Assembly: GCA_943704425.1 (NCBI GenBank)
Contig: CALSCP010001168.1
Coordinates: 52,717-116,716, forward strand
Direction: 5' to 3'
Source of the DNA: Ministeria vibrans ATCC 50519
Lineage: Eukaryota > Protista > Filasterea
DNA length: 64,000 bases
Shown one piece after another: positions 15,601-28,337 of this stretch (its first letter is position 1; the number at the start of each line of letters is the position of its first letter). The position numbers were made by a program, and so were the translations under genes. The notes under the pieces were generated by a model that was given only the letters and a program-made list of their open reading frames with translations, was not told the DNA's origin and made no database searches.

Positions 15601-16918
15601 AAGCCAGAAAACACACCTTTTGGAAAAACAGGGGCATATGTGACACAAGAGACATGTCCACAGGTGGTGCAACAGGCGGAGGGCTCTCGCAGGTCCCGGT
15701 TACGTCAATTAGAGCATCTTGTGTTTCCGTCGCTTCTTCATGCGCACAATATGTTGTGTGTGCGTCTTTTGGTTTCTCTTGCTCTTCTTGTGCTTTCGCC
15801 GGTTCTTCGCGTGTCTCTGTCGTGCCTGTATCGTTCTCTTGCTCTCCTTGTACTTCCATCTCCTCTTCGCCTTCCTTCTCTTCCTTCCTCGGTCGCGATT
15901 CCTCTTGTTGCTTCCTTGGACGTTTCTTCTTGGGCTTCGCCGAATCGGCTGATTCGTCGTCAAACATGGTCTGTGGGTTTCGGCCAGCCTTGCGTGCCGC
16001 CTCGCTCAATGTCACACGCACTGCAATCAGAGCGGCCGAGGGTCGTCCGCGACTGCGACCCTTGCTTGCCACGAGAGCCGCAGCGGCGTTGCGCGCGGCC
16101 ACGTCGTGCAGCGAACAGTATGCCTGCGTGAGGGGAAGGGATGGAGACATCGAGTTGCAGACAGAGAAGTACGATGGATTAGAAAAATGAAGTCGACAGG
16201 AATCCTAGGATATACCTCTTGGAAATAGACGGGCATGTGAGAGACAGGCGAGAGATCAATAGCATCGTCACAAACGGCCACAACCGCCACCTCGTCCTGC
16301 GCTCCAGGACCGTTCGACGGGATCACTTTTGTTGGGGACGCCCCGACAGCAGCGGCGCCAGTCGCTGGTGTGGAAAGCGGCACACCGCGGTCTTGGGTGC
16401 TCTTGGCGTTCGCCTCGTTGACAAGCCTGGTGAGTCGTGCCACAAGCGCAGACGGACGACCGCGCACTCGCTCGCGCGACACAACGCGGACAAAGGCGCC
16501 CTTTTCGCCGGGCGACGACAGAGAGTCATAAATCTAACGACACAACCGAGGGAGTTGTAAGCAAGGGGCACAGCGTGGGAATGGAGGCGCGCTGTACCGT
16601 CCGAAGATGTGCCGGCAAGGCAGACGCAGCAAACGTGTCTTGCTCGACGGTGCGTCGCGCGTCCGGATCCTCCTTCTTGCCGCCGAAGTCGGCGTCATCC
16701 CCATCCACGTCCCCGTCCACGTCCACATCCCCGTCTACATCCACATACGCATCGTCGTCAACATCCCCAGAGTCAACACAGACCTCCTCTTCGTAGATCT
16801 CGTCGTCGCCCAACAGCACCTCTACAAGGGCTGCGTTGGAATCGAAAAAATCGTCCGAAGCAAGTACTCCTGGCGTGGCGTATTCCAATCGTTTGGGGGG
16901 CCTCCGCTCCCTCGGCAT
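12653..16918 (-). CDS. Large nuclear protein: four novel 'GRPS' repeats, a UBZ4-like zinc finger, acidic/basic linker and a TFIIIC-large-subunit-like C-terminal region
   Basis: Several minus-strand ORF fragments between 12653 and 16918 join in frame through short GT-AG introns. Zinc finger CPVCSRKLNRMTNSARLEHVSLCLD. The exact 3' end is uncertain (a possible extra exon reaches ~12470). Confidence 0.65.
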
Positions 16919-16989
16919 CCAAACGAATATTTTTGATATTTTTGATTTATTTATTCAATTTATTTTTTTCCTGCTAATACATCAGCAAA

Positions 16990-17524
16990 ATGTTGCGCAC
17001 CATGACCAACCGCCCTCAATTAAGAACGCTGACGACGTCTCTTGTCCGCGCCTTTCATCAAAGTTCGGCAACACTCTCGGTACGTTACAATAAAGTAAAA
17101 AAAAACGCCCACTTCGTCCAGTGTGGCTCACACCGGCCTCTCTGCCCGTTGTCCTCTTGTAGAAGGACATCCGTGAGGCCCGTTTCACCATTTCGTCCAA
17201 GCAGGTGTGTGTCTCAATGGGCGCGTATGCGATTTCGGGAAGGCTGAAAATCTAACTTCTTCTTTTCAGATGAATCCTTCGCCAGCACAGCAGCTTATCA
17301 GCGCAGTACCACCAATCCAGGTGAGCAAGCGTGTCGTACAATGCTCCGGTGGCACCGATGGGACGGGCGGAGCTCTGGGACACCCGAGAGTCTTCATTAA
17401 CCTCGTAAGCAGCCCTGCCCGCCTCCCCCGCCCGCAATTCACCCTCTCGCACTAGGACAAGCCCGGCCCTCAGCCCTGCGACTACTGCGGGTTGCGCTTC
17501 GAGAAAGTCGGACACCATCACTGA
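16990..17524 (+). CDS. NDUFS6: NADH:ubiquinone oxidoreductase 13 kDa-A subunit (zf-CHCC)
   Basis: Presequence MLRTMTNRPQLRTL; DIREARFTISSKQ|MNPSPAQQLISAVPPIQVSKRVVQCSGG..GALGHPRVFINL|DKPGPQPCDYCGLRF. Confidence 0.93.
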
Positions 17525-17583
17525 GCGAACATGAGAACTCAGAATGTACTAAAATCTCCTTTTATGAAAATCCCAATCAATTC

Positions 17584-18902
17584 TTATTGGCCCATTTGCG
17601 TCTGACGTCGAGAAATGGTGCGCTGTTCGTGCGCTGCTTTCATGCGACCAATGGCTTCAATCGCCCGGAGATTGCCTACAAGTGAAGTAGCAAAGAAGAA
17701 GAAGAAGAAAAAAAAAAAACAAAGCAATGAGAAGGAGTTCCTTCTCGGTTTGCGTATCCTACCTGACTCGGCGGCCTTGCGGTACCACATTGCGGCTTCT
17801 TTGACGTCCATTTTTACGCCCGCGCCACGCTCGTAGCACTCGGCAAGGTTGAACATGGCGGCGCCAAAGCCAGCGTCGGCGGCGGCATGCCAGGCACGCG
17901 CAGCCATTGTGGGGTCGCGCTGGAATCCACCCAGTCCCTACAAGCGCGAAAGGAGTCAGATTGCCCAAACTGCACAATATATATATATATATGTTGAATT
18001 GAGTGTACCTGCGCATAGAACCCGCCCAGGTTGCAAAGCGCGCGTCCGTTGCCTTGGTCGGCGGCCATCTGTGTAAAAATGAGGTGGTCAGAAGCAGCAT
18101 GCTCTATTAAATGCAATTGCTGTAACCGTTCGTGTGCATACCTTGTACAGACGACCCGCTTCGTACATGTTGCGCGGTACGCCCAGCGATCCGCTCTATA
18201 GAGGATAAAAGGAGGGTTTTGGTCAAACACAAGTGTTGAAAAAAAAAAAAGATACCTGGAAACAGATGGCGAGGTTGGTCTGGGCCTGAGCGAACCCCAT
18301 GGACGCAGCCTTGCGGTAGAGCTTGAGAGCGGCAACGGGGTTTTTGGCAATGCCATCCCCCTGGGCAAAGGCAAAACCAAGCAGGAAGATGCCACGCACG
18401 TTGCCTTGCTTGGCAGCCGCATTGAACAGCTTGACGGCCTCCGTTGGGTTGCGTTCGGTGCCGCGTCCGCGCTGGTAGCACTTGCCCAGATCCACTTGCC
18501 CATCCGGATTACCCTGCTCTGCCGCTAGCCAGTACAGTCGGCATGCCTCCGCCTCGTCCACCTCGACGCCCTTGCCTCGTTCAAGACTATGTGCACAATC
18601 AAATAACAGTTACGACACGATCGTTTGACTATGATTTTCTTTCTCCCTCCGTTTTTTTTTTCTGTCTCCTTCCCAGTGATGATACTTACCACTCGCCATA
18701 GGCCACTTGTCCCTCGCCATAGCCAGCCACGGCTGCGTTGTAGTAGAGTCGCGCTGCCTCGTTGACGTCCTGCGGCACCCCCGTGCCCTCATCGTAGCAC
18801 TTGCCCAGCGTCACCTGTGCCTGTGCGTGGCCCTTGTCCGCACACATCATCAGCAACCGAATGGCTCCCTTGGGATCAACCTTCTTGTCGAGGAACCTAT
18901 AG

Positions 18903-18997
<95 letters not shown>

Positions 18998-20017
18998 GAA
19001 AGAAACAAAGTGATAGAGAGAGAGGAGGAGAAAGAAACAAAGTGATAGAGAGAGGAGGAGAAAGAGACAAAGTGATAGAGAGAGGGAGAAAAAAAGTGAT
19101 AAAAAGAGAGAGGAAAAAGAAACACAGTGATAGAGAGAATAAAAAGAGATGAGCCACACATTTTTGGAACACCCTTCTTTTGTTTCATCGTACATTTTGG
19201 CACGATTGTAGAGATCGTCGAGATTGCCGTCGAGAGGCACCAGACACTCGTTCATGCGCGAGAGCAGACGGCCCAGACGCGTGCGACAGCCGCGTGCAAT
19301 GCGACTGGCGCCACCCGATGCATCCACCATGGCAGCCAGCAGCGCCTGCGCCGCCTCTAGCTCAGCGTGCGGCAGAGTCGCCTGGTCCACATGCTGCTGG
19401 CTTGCAATGGCCGCCACCAGTGTCTGCGCAGAGTCGCTGATTTGCATGATGAGCTCGCGTCGGCCCGTCAGCGCCTCTCCTTCAAACTGCGCCTCGCCCT
19501 TGAATGACGTGGCAAAGTCGCGACAGTCACTGAGTGTTCCCTGTGTTTGTTGCAGTGCGATCGCAAGGGGCCCGTCCATGGCTGCATCGCGACGTGCAGA
19601 CGACACGTTTGCAAGCATGCCCTGTGCCACCTTGAGTGCCATTTCAATACTCTCCAGAGTGAGTGCTGGGTCGTCCACCGAAGGGCCGATTGGCTTGCCC
19701 ACCGTCTTCGGCACCGCCTGCTGTGTGCGTCGATGCTTCATGTAAGGCGGGCCCTTCTACACCATCAAAATAGCACACAAAATTTCACAACCTCGCACAA
19801 AAGACCCTCTACAACGAAAGAAATTTACCGCAAGGGCCTTTCCAATCTGCGCATGACCGGCATTTGCAGGAATCTTGAGTGTGGCCGGATCGCGTTGGCC
19901 GCGTGACTCAAGCGGCAATGGGTAGCGCACACTCTCCCACGTGCCCGTGTACACCAGAATCAGATAGCGCTTGTCATCGTCCACCGCAGTCTGCAGCTTT
20001 TTAGCTGAAAACACACA

Positions 20018-20050
<33 letters not shown>

Positions 20051-20879
20051 GAGTTAGTCACTTTGCACAGCGACTTCGTTTCGTTTAGATGTACTGGGAT
20101 CTTTGCGTGCTTGCATTTGCTGTAAATCGGCAAACGTGAGCAGCTGCAGAGTGCATCCAAGCGTATCGCCCTAAGGAAAACAAACAAAAATGCGAGACAA
20201 GAGAGAGAAAAAAAGGTTAACAATTCAGATAGAACGAAGGCTTTTTGCGCTGTGTTACTCTGGAAAGAGCACTGGCGAGCATCTTGAGAAAGACGGGAAA
20301 CCGCTTCTGGCAGCCAACACGCACGGTAATGGCCTCAATGTACTTCGCTCTGTAGAACAGGACGACGGGAAAAGACAAGTGAGCGCGCGTGAGAGAGAGG
20401 GAGAGAGAAAGAGAGTGAGAGAAAAAAGTGGAGGGAAGTAAAATGAAAATCGTACTGGGGACTGCTCTCAAAGCACGCTCCTGTCTGCATGTCTGTCACT
20501 TTAATGTTTACTTGATCTGCTCCAATGCTGCACACGACAGTGTTAATGTGTGTGCACTTCCATATTTTCTCTCTGTCTGTGCACGCGTTTCCAACTGACC
20601 TGTTGATCTCGATAAACTGTTTTCCACCCTTGAAAGCAACAAAACCTGCGGCGCTCATGAGCTGGCTTGCAGCCATGGGCGGACCCACGCGCTGCTGTTG
20701 CTGCGACGGGCCACGCGAAGGGGGCGCGCCACCCGCCTTCATAGCAGTCGGCTGAGTGATCGACGCAGACGCACCGGGTCCCTGTGGCGCCTGAGGCGCA
20801 CGCGGCGCCTGAGCTGCTTGAGGTGCACGTGGCGCCGCAGGAGCCTGCTGCATGCGCATTTGTTGTTGTTGCATGCGCA

Positions 20880-20913
<34 letters not shown>

Positions 20914-22094
20914 TTGTTGTTGTTGTTGTTGTTGCTGCTGCTGCTGCTGCTGTTGACGACGAAGTTGTTCCTGACGAGCACGTTCGCCTTCTTCACGCTC
21001 CTCTTGTTCCTCTTGTTCACGGCGACGACGCGCCAGTAGCTCCTGTTGTTGCTGCTGTTGCATCGCAAGATGACGCTCTTGTTCATCTCGCTCATACTGA
21101 TCCGTATTCATTCGCGTCTGCGATGGTGGCGGAGGTTCTTGGTGTGGCAAGGGTGGTGGGGGACCATTGTCGTCGTCGTCGTCGTCTTCATCGCCGAGCT
21201 GTTGGAAGTTGACGTTGGACACGGGCTCGGGCGGCGTCTCGGGGAGGGGACCACGCGAGGCAGATCGTGAAGTGGGGTTGGAATTGTTGCGTGAGGCGGT
21301 GCGTTGCGGGTGACGCAGTTCAACGTAACGTGGCTTCTCGTAGTCGGATTCGCCGAGTTGTTCGCTGGTGGGCAGAGGCGCAGTGGGATCGAGTGTCATC
21401 GCAGTCACAGGCGGAGCCACAAACACATCCCCACTCTCTTCGGAGCCAAAGGGATCCGCATCGTCGTCGGTCGAGTACGGGTTGTGGAATACAATGTTCC
21501 CATCTTGGGGTTAGAAGAATCGTGGAAAGAGAAAGAGAGAGAATGAGAGGAGAGAGAGAGACACACACAAAGACGGAGAAAAAAAACAAAGAAACGAGAC
21601 GGACGCGCAATGGCGTTGTTTGGTTGCTGTGTTGGCCCATCTCGCGTAAAGGAGGCGCAGATGGTAGGTGGAGGAAGTGGGTACGAACGGACGACGCTCA
21701 AATGGGTCAACGGATCGTGCGCACAGGAGGCAAAGCCCATCCGTGACCGCGAATGGAAAAAAAAAAAATACGCCCGACTCTGATTGGGATGGAAGGGAAG
21801 CCGCACGAGACGAGCATCAACGCAACAAAGCAACGTGCTGGGATGCACGGAGCCGGCTGGCGGCTGCGAAATGAGCCTTGTCAAGCAGAGAGAGGGGAAA
21901 GAGCACAAAGTGGGAGCGATTCGACAATATATCGCACAAAAGCACACAGGAGGGGGTTTCTTGGCATGGAGGGGGGGGAGAGGGAGATAGAGAGGCAGTG
22001 CAGGAGGGAGAGCGCGCGCAAGAAGGAACCCCCCACACACCGTTTGTTTACCTGACGCTGTGTTTGACAGATTGGACTTCTTTCGGCCAAACAT
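17584..22094 (-). CDS. Multidomain protein: Pro/Gln-rich N-terminus, CCDC61(VFL3)-like head domain, helical region and C-terminal Sel1-like repeats
   Basis: Head: FYRAKYIEAITVRVGCQKRFPVFLKMLASALSR|GDTLGCTLQLLTFADLQQMQARK..DDKRYLILVYTGTWESVRYPLPL. Phase-0 intron 19757-19828 joins it to KGPPYMKHRR... Sel1 repeats include AQVTLGKCYDEGTGVPQD, GQVDLGKCYQRGRG and AMFNLAECYERGAGVKMD. Confidence 0.7.
18906..19140. repeat. (GA)n plus tandem AAACAAAGTGATAGAGAG units, intron in the Sel1 region
   Basis: Direct reading of the sequence. Confidence 0.9.
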
Positions 22095-22328
22095 GGTGCG
22101 TGCAAGCTACAGCAGAGGTGCAGAGAGAGAGATAGAGAGAGAGAGAAAGAGAGACGGATGGAGGGAGAGAAAGAGAAGAGAAGAGTGGAGTGCCAACTGC
22201 CAAGTGAGCGGACACGACTCAATCTACTCGATGGTCTTGTGAGTCATGAATAGATTTTTATAATAAATCAATTTTTTGTTTCTCTTTGTCCCTTCTTCTC
22301 AGTCGCCCGTATTTAACCACTCCCCATC

Positions 22329-23071
22329 ATGACTGAGCGATACTCGTTTTCGCTCACGACCTTCAGCCCCAGCGGCAAACTCGTCCAGATCGAATATGCT
22401 CTCAATGCAGTGCAGGGCGGCGCGACCTCGGTTGGAATCAAAGGTACAGCCAGCCTCTAGCAGTGGATCGAGCGCCCCCTGCCACTTTCGACCCCTATAA
22501 AGCATCCCACTTTGTGCTTTCGTGTTTTGTGTGTGTGTGTGTTTTTTTTTCTTTTTTTTTTTTTTTTTTTTTTTTTTTTCTGTGCTTGCTGGTGAAACAT
22601 CGGGAAGAAGCGAATTGCGCCGACGCCCATTGGGCTTTGTGTGTGCCTCTGCGCACAGGCAGTCAATGTACCATGGGGGGTCCCTGTAGTGGTCCTTGTT
22701 TTGAACCATCGCGCCTGATTGGTCTTGAAATCCGAATGGTTGTTCCTGATTCTTCGAAAAACGCACTGTCTCTTTTGTAGCGAAAAACGGAATTGTCATT
22801 GCGACGGAGAAGAAGATGCCGACCGTGTTGATTGACGACGAGTCTCTGCAAAAGATCAGCAAAATCACCGAGTCGTGTGGCGTTGTGTACAGTGGAATGG
22901 GACCCGATTCGCGAGTGATTGTCAAAAAGGCTCGCAAGGCTGCGCAACAGTACTACCGTGTCTATGGTGAGGTGATGCCCGTGTCGCAGCTTGTGCGTGA
23001 CATCGCCTCGGTCATGCAAGAGTTTACACAGTCTGGGTAAGTCCTCTTGTCGAATGTCCCTTGTGAGCGTC

Positions 23072-23106
<35 letters not shown>

Positions 23107-23352
23107 CTAACAGCCTCATCACAGTGGTGTCCGTCCCTTTGGTGTCTCACTGCTGATCATTGGCTGGGACGAAGACCGAGGTGGCTCCCTCTATCAGGTA
23201 GATCCCTCTGGTTCGTACTGGCAATGGAAGGCGGCCGCCATTGGCAAGAACATGGTCAGCGCGAAGACCTTCTTGGAGAAACGGTATGTAACAAAAATAT
23301 ATTATTAATAAGAGACTGGACGAAGAATGGTCAAACAACGTCACTATTAAGA

Positions 23353-23404
<52 letters not shown>

Positions 23405-23596
23405 TAATTTTACTGATGCCTTAGATACAACGACGACATTGAGCTTGATGATGCAGTTCACACGGCGATCCTGACGCTGAAAGAGGGATTTGAGGGACAG
23501 CTGAACGACAACAACATTGAGATTGGCATTGCGACAGTCGATGGGTTCCGAGTGCTCTCCCGCGACGAAATCGCAGACCACCTGAGCCAAACTTAA
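22329..23596 (+). CDS. PSMA2: 20S proteasome subunit alpha type-2
   Basis: [76 protein letters not shown]. Confidence 0.97.
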
Positions 23597-23749
23597 GGCT
23601 AACCTTCCCTCCTTCCCTCCTCTCTTCCTTATTCAACTCTACTGTAGTACATACTTCTTTCTTTCCACCAATTTTTTCTGAACAATAGCAGTGGTCGTCG
23701 ATTATATTATTACTACGCCACAATTCTCTCTCTCTTTATCTCTCTCTCT

Positions 23750-23791
<42 letters not shown>

Positions 23792-23850
23792 CTGTTCTTT
23801 CTCCATCGTTTCTCTCTCTCTTAGTCATAGGTTATCGTCCTTTCAAGTCT

Positions 23851-25485
23851 TCACAGGTTCTGTCTCTTAGTCTGGCGAACAACCTCATAGTCCGAGGCAC
23901 GGCAGGCCACCAGCCACAAAATGGCAGCGGCAGTGCCCTTGACTTCACCACCGCGATCCACGAGGCGCTGAAGAGCATCGACACACTCGGGGCGAGTGCA
24001 CCGCTTGAGCGACTCGACGGCAGTCGCTTCGTCGTTGCACAAGGTCCACAGCTGCGTCAGAGACTCGCGCATGGTAGCGCCGCGTGGCAGGAGCTGGTTG
24101 ATAAGCTCGTCGACTTGTCGGATCACTTGTATGTCACGTCGGGCCTTTTCGTGGCGTCGGCTCAGACATGTGAGTGCGTCCAGAGCGCTCTCCTGCGCCG
24201 CATCCGAACCGTCCGTCACAATCGAGATGAGTGGACCCAGCACGCGAGCTTTGAGCAGACGCTCTGTGTTTTCAGGCGCCTGTGCCAGCAGCGAGATGGC
24301 GTCGGCCGCCTGCTCCTGCCCATCCACATTCCCATGCACCAGCAGATCGACCAAGGGCGGAATGGCTCCGCTCTGCCCTAACGTCACCTGGTTTTCGCGG
24401 CTCTCGGCCAGCATGGCAAGGACACTGGCGGCCACTTCGCGACCCACCACGTCTGTCTTATCCTCAAGAAGCATTATGAGCGCCGGTACTGCGCCATGCT
24501 GCACAATAGTGATTTCCGATAGCTCGTCCGACGCGAGCACACCCATCACACTCGCGGCTTTTCGCTTCTCCTCATTGGTGCCGTCGGCGAGCAAGTGCAG
24601 CAGCACTTCAATGCCGCCACAGCGCGTAATACGCTCCTTGTTCTCCTCCGTCGTCGCCAGGTCCATGAGAGTGTCGAGTGCGTCAGTGCGTCCGTCGCGG
24701 CGACCCACACGCAACTTGGCAATGAGCTGGCCCACTTGACTCGCGGGTGAGCCGACCAGGGCGATATTGCTGTCGGACGTGGGGCTCTCTGAGTCACGCG
24801 ATGTGTGCCGCACCAACGTGTCTGTCGTGGAGGAGGATGCTGCGTGACTGCCCACAAGACGGTCGAGCGACGCCTGACGTGCCGAGGACTGGCTACGACC
24901 GGCGCTCAGCGACGGTGACGGACTTACACGGTCCACCAGGGGCGCCGATGTCTCCGACTGGTGTCGCGACGTCAGACTGGTTGTGCTGCTCTTGCCATGT
25001 AGCGCATGGCTGCGCTGTCCGCCCTGCGAGTGAGAGCGTGCACGTTTATCGGTAATAGTGGCACTGTCCAATGATTTATTTGTAGTCACGGTAGCGACTG
25101 CACTGTTCGAGACGCCTCCATGCAGTCGACGCTTCTGAACCGGTTGCGGCTCGGGGGGAGGTGGTCCACGCGAGCGACGACTCGATGATTGATGATCGCT
25201 CGTGGGCGACACCGCAGACGAACGGCGACGACCCGCCTCAAAGTTGAGAAAAGGTGACATTGGCTCGATGCCGACACCGTCGTCAAACGACGTCGAGGCC
25301 TGCCGCGACGTTGGGGGTGTGGTACGCCGACCAATGGGCGCAATCTGAAGTGGAGAGGGCCGAGCAGCCTGATGCTGTTGTTGGTTTTGTTGCTGTACTT
25401 TTTGTTGTTGCTGGGGCGGTGATGGTTGTAATGGATGAGTGGAATGGGAATTGGGAGGCGATCGATGCTGTTGTGGTAGTTGTCG

Positions 25486-25561
<76 letters not shown>

Positions 25562-26223
25562 GAGGGTGGGTGAGTGAGAGGTTGAGAAGCAACCGTGACG
25601 GGGGATGCCGAGATTTGGCGGTGGGAGGGAGATGTGTGAGGCGACTGGTGACGTTCGCTGATGGCCATTTCAAAGGAGGGTGGAGGAGGGCGTGTGGACT
25701 CGGGCAGACGACGCGGCCCCTGCTTAGGCGAGAGCGCCAGCTGAGCGGCAAATACCACGGGTGAGCGGGTGGAGGGTGACGAAGAGGAGGCAAGATCGGC
25801 GGTGGCGAGAGTGGCAGTGGTGGCGAGGGACACGACGGGTGGTGGACGATAGACGAGTTCGGGCGACGATCGCTCGGGAGGAGTGTCTTCGCCAATGGGA
25901 CCTGTGTCCCACGACGACGTGGTTGCCGCGGGTTCGCCAGCTGGTTCCTTTGGTGCCATCTCCTTCTTCACCTCCTTCGTCTCTTCTTCCTTCTCGTTTA
26001 GTTCCTTCTTTGGAGGCGCACTCGACGCTTCGGGCAAACCAGCGTCGTTGGATGTTTCTTGAGTGGCGGCGTCAGGAGAGGCCCCTAAGCCCAAATGGGT
26101 TGTCGGTGAGTCGAGAAGGCGCTCGGCAAAGCGCGAGCCGAGGGACACGCCCATGACTTCGTCGAGATCGTCGTCGTCGTCATCGTAGAAGATGGTGGGG
26201 GCAGTGGTGGTGGTGGTAGCAGC

Positions 26224-26266
<43 letters not shown>

Positions 26267-28008
26267 CTATCGGCATGGGTGGGACTGGTGCCTCCCGTGA
26301 TGGAGGGGGACGTATACGACAGACGCGTGCCGGGGTTCCGAGCAGGAATTGGCGCTGGCTTGCCCTTGGTCTTGTCGACAGTCACTGGCGAGATGAGCGT
26401 GGGGTTTTCGTCGGTGCGCACGGTGGGCGGCGGAGTAGACGGCGGTGGAGAGGCAATGGGTGGAGGACGTGAGGCAGGAGCGGGCGCAGGTATTGGGGGA
26501 GGATGACGATGGGTGGTCAGACTAATGGGCGGCGCAGGCGCAGCGGACGTGGCAGAAACGGCGACGGGCGGCGGTGGGGCCGTTGTGTGTGTGGGAGGCG
26601 GAGCGGGTCGCGTCAAGGTATGCGAACGCAACGGCGGAGGTGGTAGTGCGGATTTGTTGCGATGAGTGGGGGAGGTGGGAGCTTGGAGCGGAGGTGGCGA
26701 CGCGATCGGGGGCGGAGCGGCAATGGTTGGCGGAGGATCGGATGGCGAGGGCAATATGCGCTCGGTAGGCTGGCTCAAGTCAACCACAACGTTTTCGGCA
26801 GGTTTGCGAACACTGCGTGCCAAAGGACGCTTGCGCATCGACTCAGGCGAGGTAGTCGATTCTTCAAATGAGGTTTTTCGCGCGCGCTGCTGCGATGGCG
26901 AGCCAGCATCGTTATTGACTTCTCCTTCTCCTTTTTCTTTTTCTTTGGGTCCCTCGGATGAGCGCACGGTGTCGGGCGAACCAGCAAAGAAAAAAGCCGA
27001 GCCAGCGTGGCTGCTGCCCTCCCTGTCAGCAGCCGTGGAGTTGGTGTTGTCGTCTCTGTTCCCTTGGGAAGGCGACGCACGGACTGGTTCGGGCGAACCG
27101 GCAAAGTAGAAGGCAGCGGAGGAGGAGGCGCCGCCAGGAGAAGCACTGGTCGAGGGCTCTTCCTTTGGTGACTCCTCCCGCTTTGGAGTGGTTGTTGTAG
27201 GAGGCACGGACTGGGGCGAGGCAGCCGAATAGAACCGCAGTGGCGGTTCCCCTTTGCTTTGTGGATGTGCGGGCGGGTTTGCTGCTGCTGCTGCTGCTGC
27301 TGCTGCGGTGGATGGAGCGGTGGCCAGAGCTGGCGGGGAGGGGACGACGACGGGAATGGTGTTCATGTTGGCTTCGTTCAGGACAGATTCGAGAAGCGAC
27401 AGCGAATTGGAGCGCGGCTCGACGCCCACAGACGCCGGCAGCGCCGTCTTGGCGGCAGCCGCAGACGGAGCTGGCGCCACGGGCGAGGGGGCGACGGCTG
27501 GCGGCTTCTGCGGCTCTGGCTCGACGCGGCTCTCCTCCTTCTTCTTCTCCTCCTCCTCCTCCTCCTCCTCCTCCTCCGACGACGACGACAGTCCCATTGC
27601 TGCAGCCAAAAAGGGACGCCGTCTCCCGCTCTGGGTGCGCTTCACCGTCGCGCCCGATCCCTTGGCCGATGATCCAGAGTCGGATCGGGTCACTGCAGGC
27701 GCAGCCGGTCTACATTGCAACGGAGAGTCGATTGAGCGCCATAACAGAAAAAAAGAGAAGAACAAAAAAAAATTTTTTTTTCTGATCAAAACAAACGGGG
27801 CAAAAACAGACAATACGAGGTTGGATGGGGAAGGATCCTTTTGAATAGCGTTCAGGACCACAGAAGCAAGCGTGGCGACGAGGATGGGACAGTTTTAAGC
27901 GGAGAGAGAAGAGCAGAGAGACAAGAGAAGGAAAAGGCATTACTTGTCTGAACTTGTGCCGTAGACGGTGGCACTGACTCCATACGGAGCTCCGGCAATT
28001 CGAGGCAT
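23851..28008 (-). CDS. Large Pro/Ser/Gln-rich disordered protein with C-terminal armadillo repeats
   Basis: 1336-aa ORF; C-terminal ARM repeats (GGIEVLLHLL, GAVPALIMLL, GAIPPLVDLL, VLGPLISIV). First exon probably MPRIAGAPYG at 28008 (uncertain). Confidence 0.75.
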
Positions 28009-28337
28009 CGGGATGCGCGAAAAGCAAGAACAGATTGACTCGAGAAAAAAGCAATTGTGATCGACTGATCGTAAAGCGATAATTATGATAAGAATCAACT
28101 GTACATGCACTCTGCTTTCGTCTTTCTACAAGCGCAACGGGTTACTGGAGTCTAGACAGTAGTCTGGCCGTTTGAGTAGGTCACCCGCCTAAGAGATAAG
28201 AGACCTTGTTATGGTAAGGTGATGGTAAGCTAAGTATTAATAAATGAAAATATTACTCATTTTTTTCTGTTTGATTAGACCCAACGATAGCAGACCAAGG
28301 GTGTTGAGTGTTGACCACTGTTGGGTGACATAGAACA

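Noticed and set aside
22590-22760. Possible group I intron, riboswitch or U3/U17/SRP RNA in the PSMA2 intron
   Set aside because: Diagnostic conserved boxes of these families were not found by eye; kept only as an unclassified ncRNA candidate.
23851-27861. ARM-repeat protein considered as TERB1 partner of the TERB2-like gene
   Set aside because: The ARM repeats are C-terminal and no Myb domain is visible, whereas TERB1 has N-terminal ARM and C-terminal Myb.
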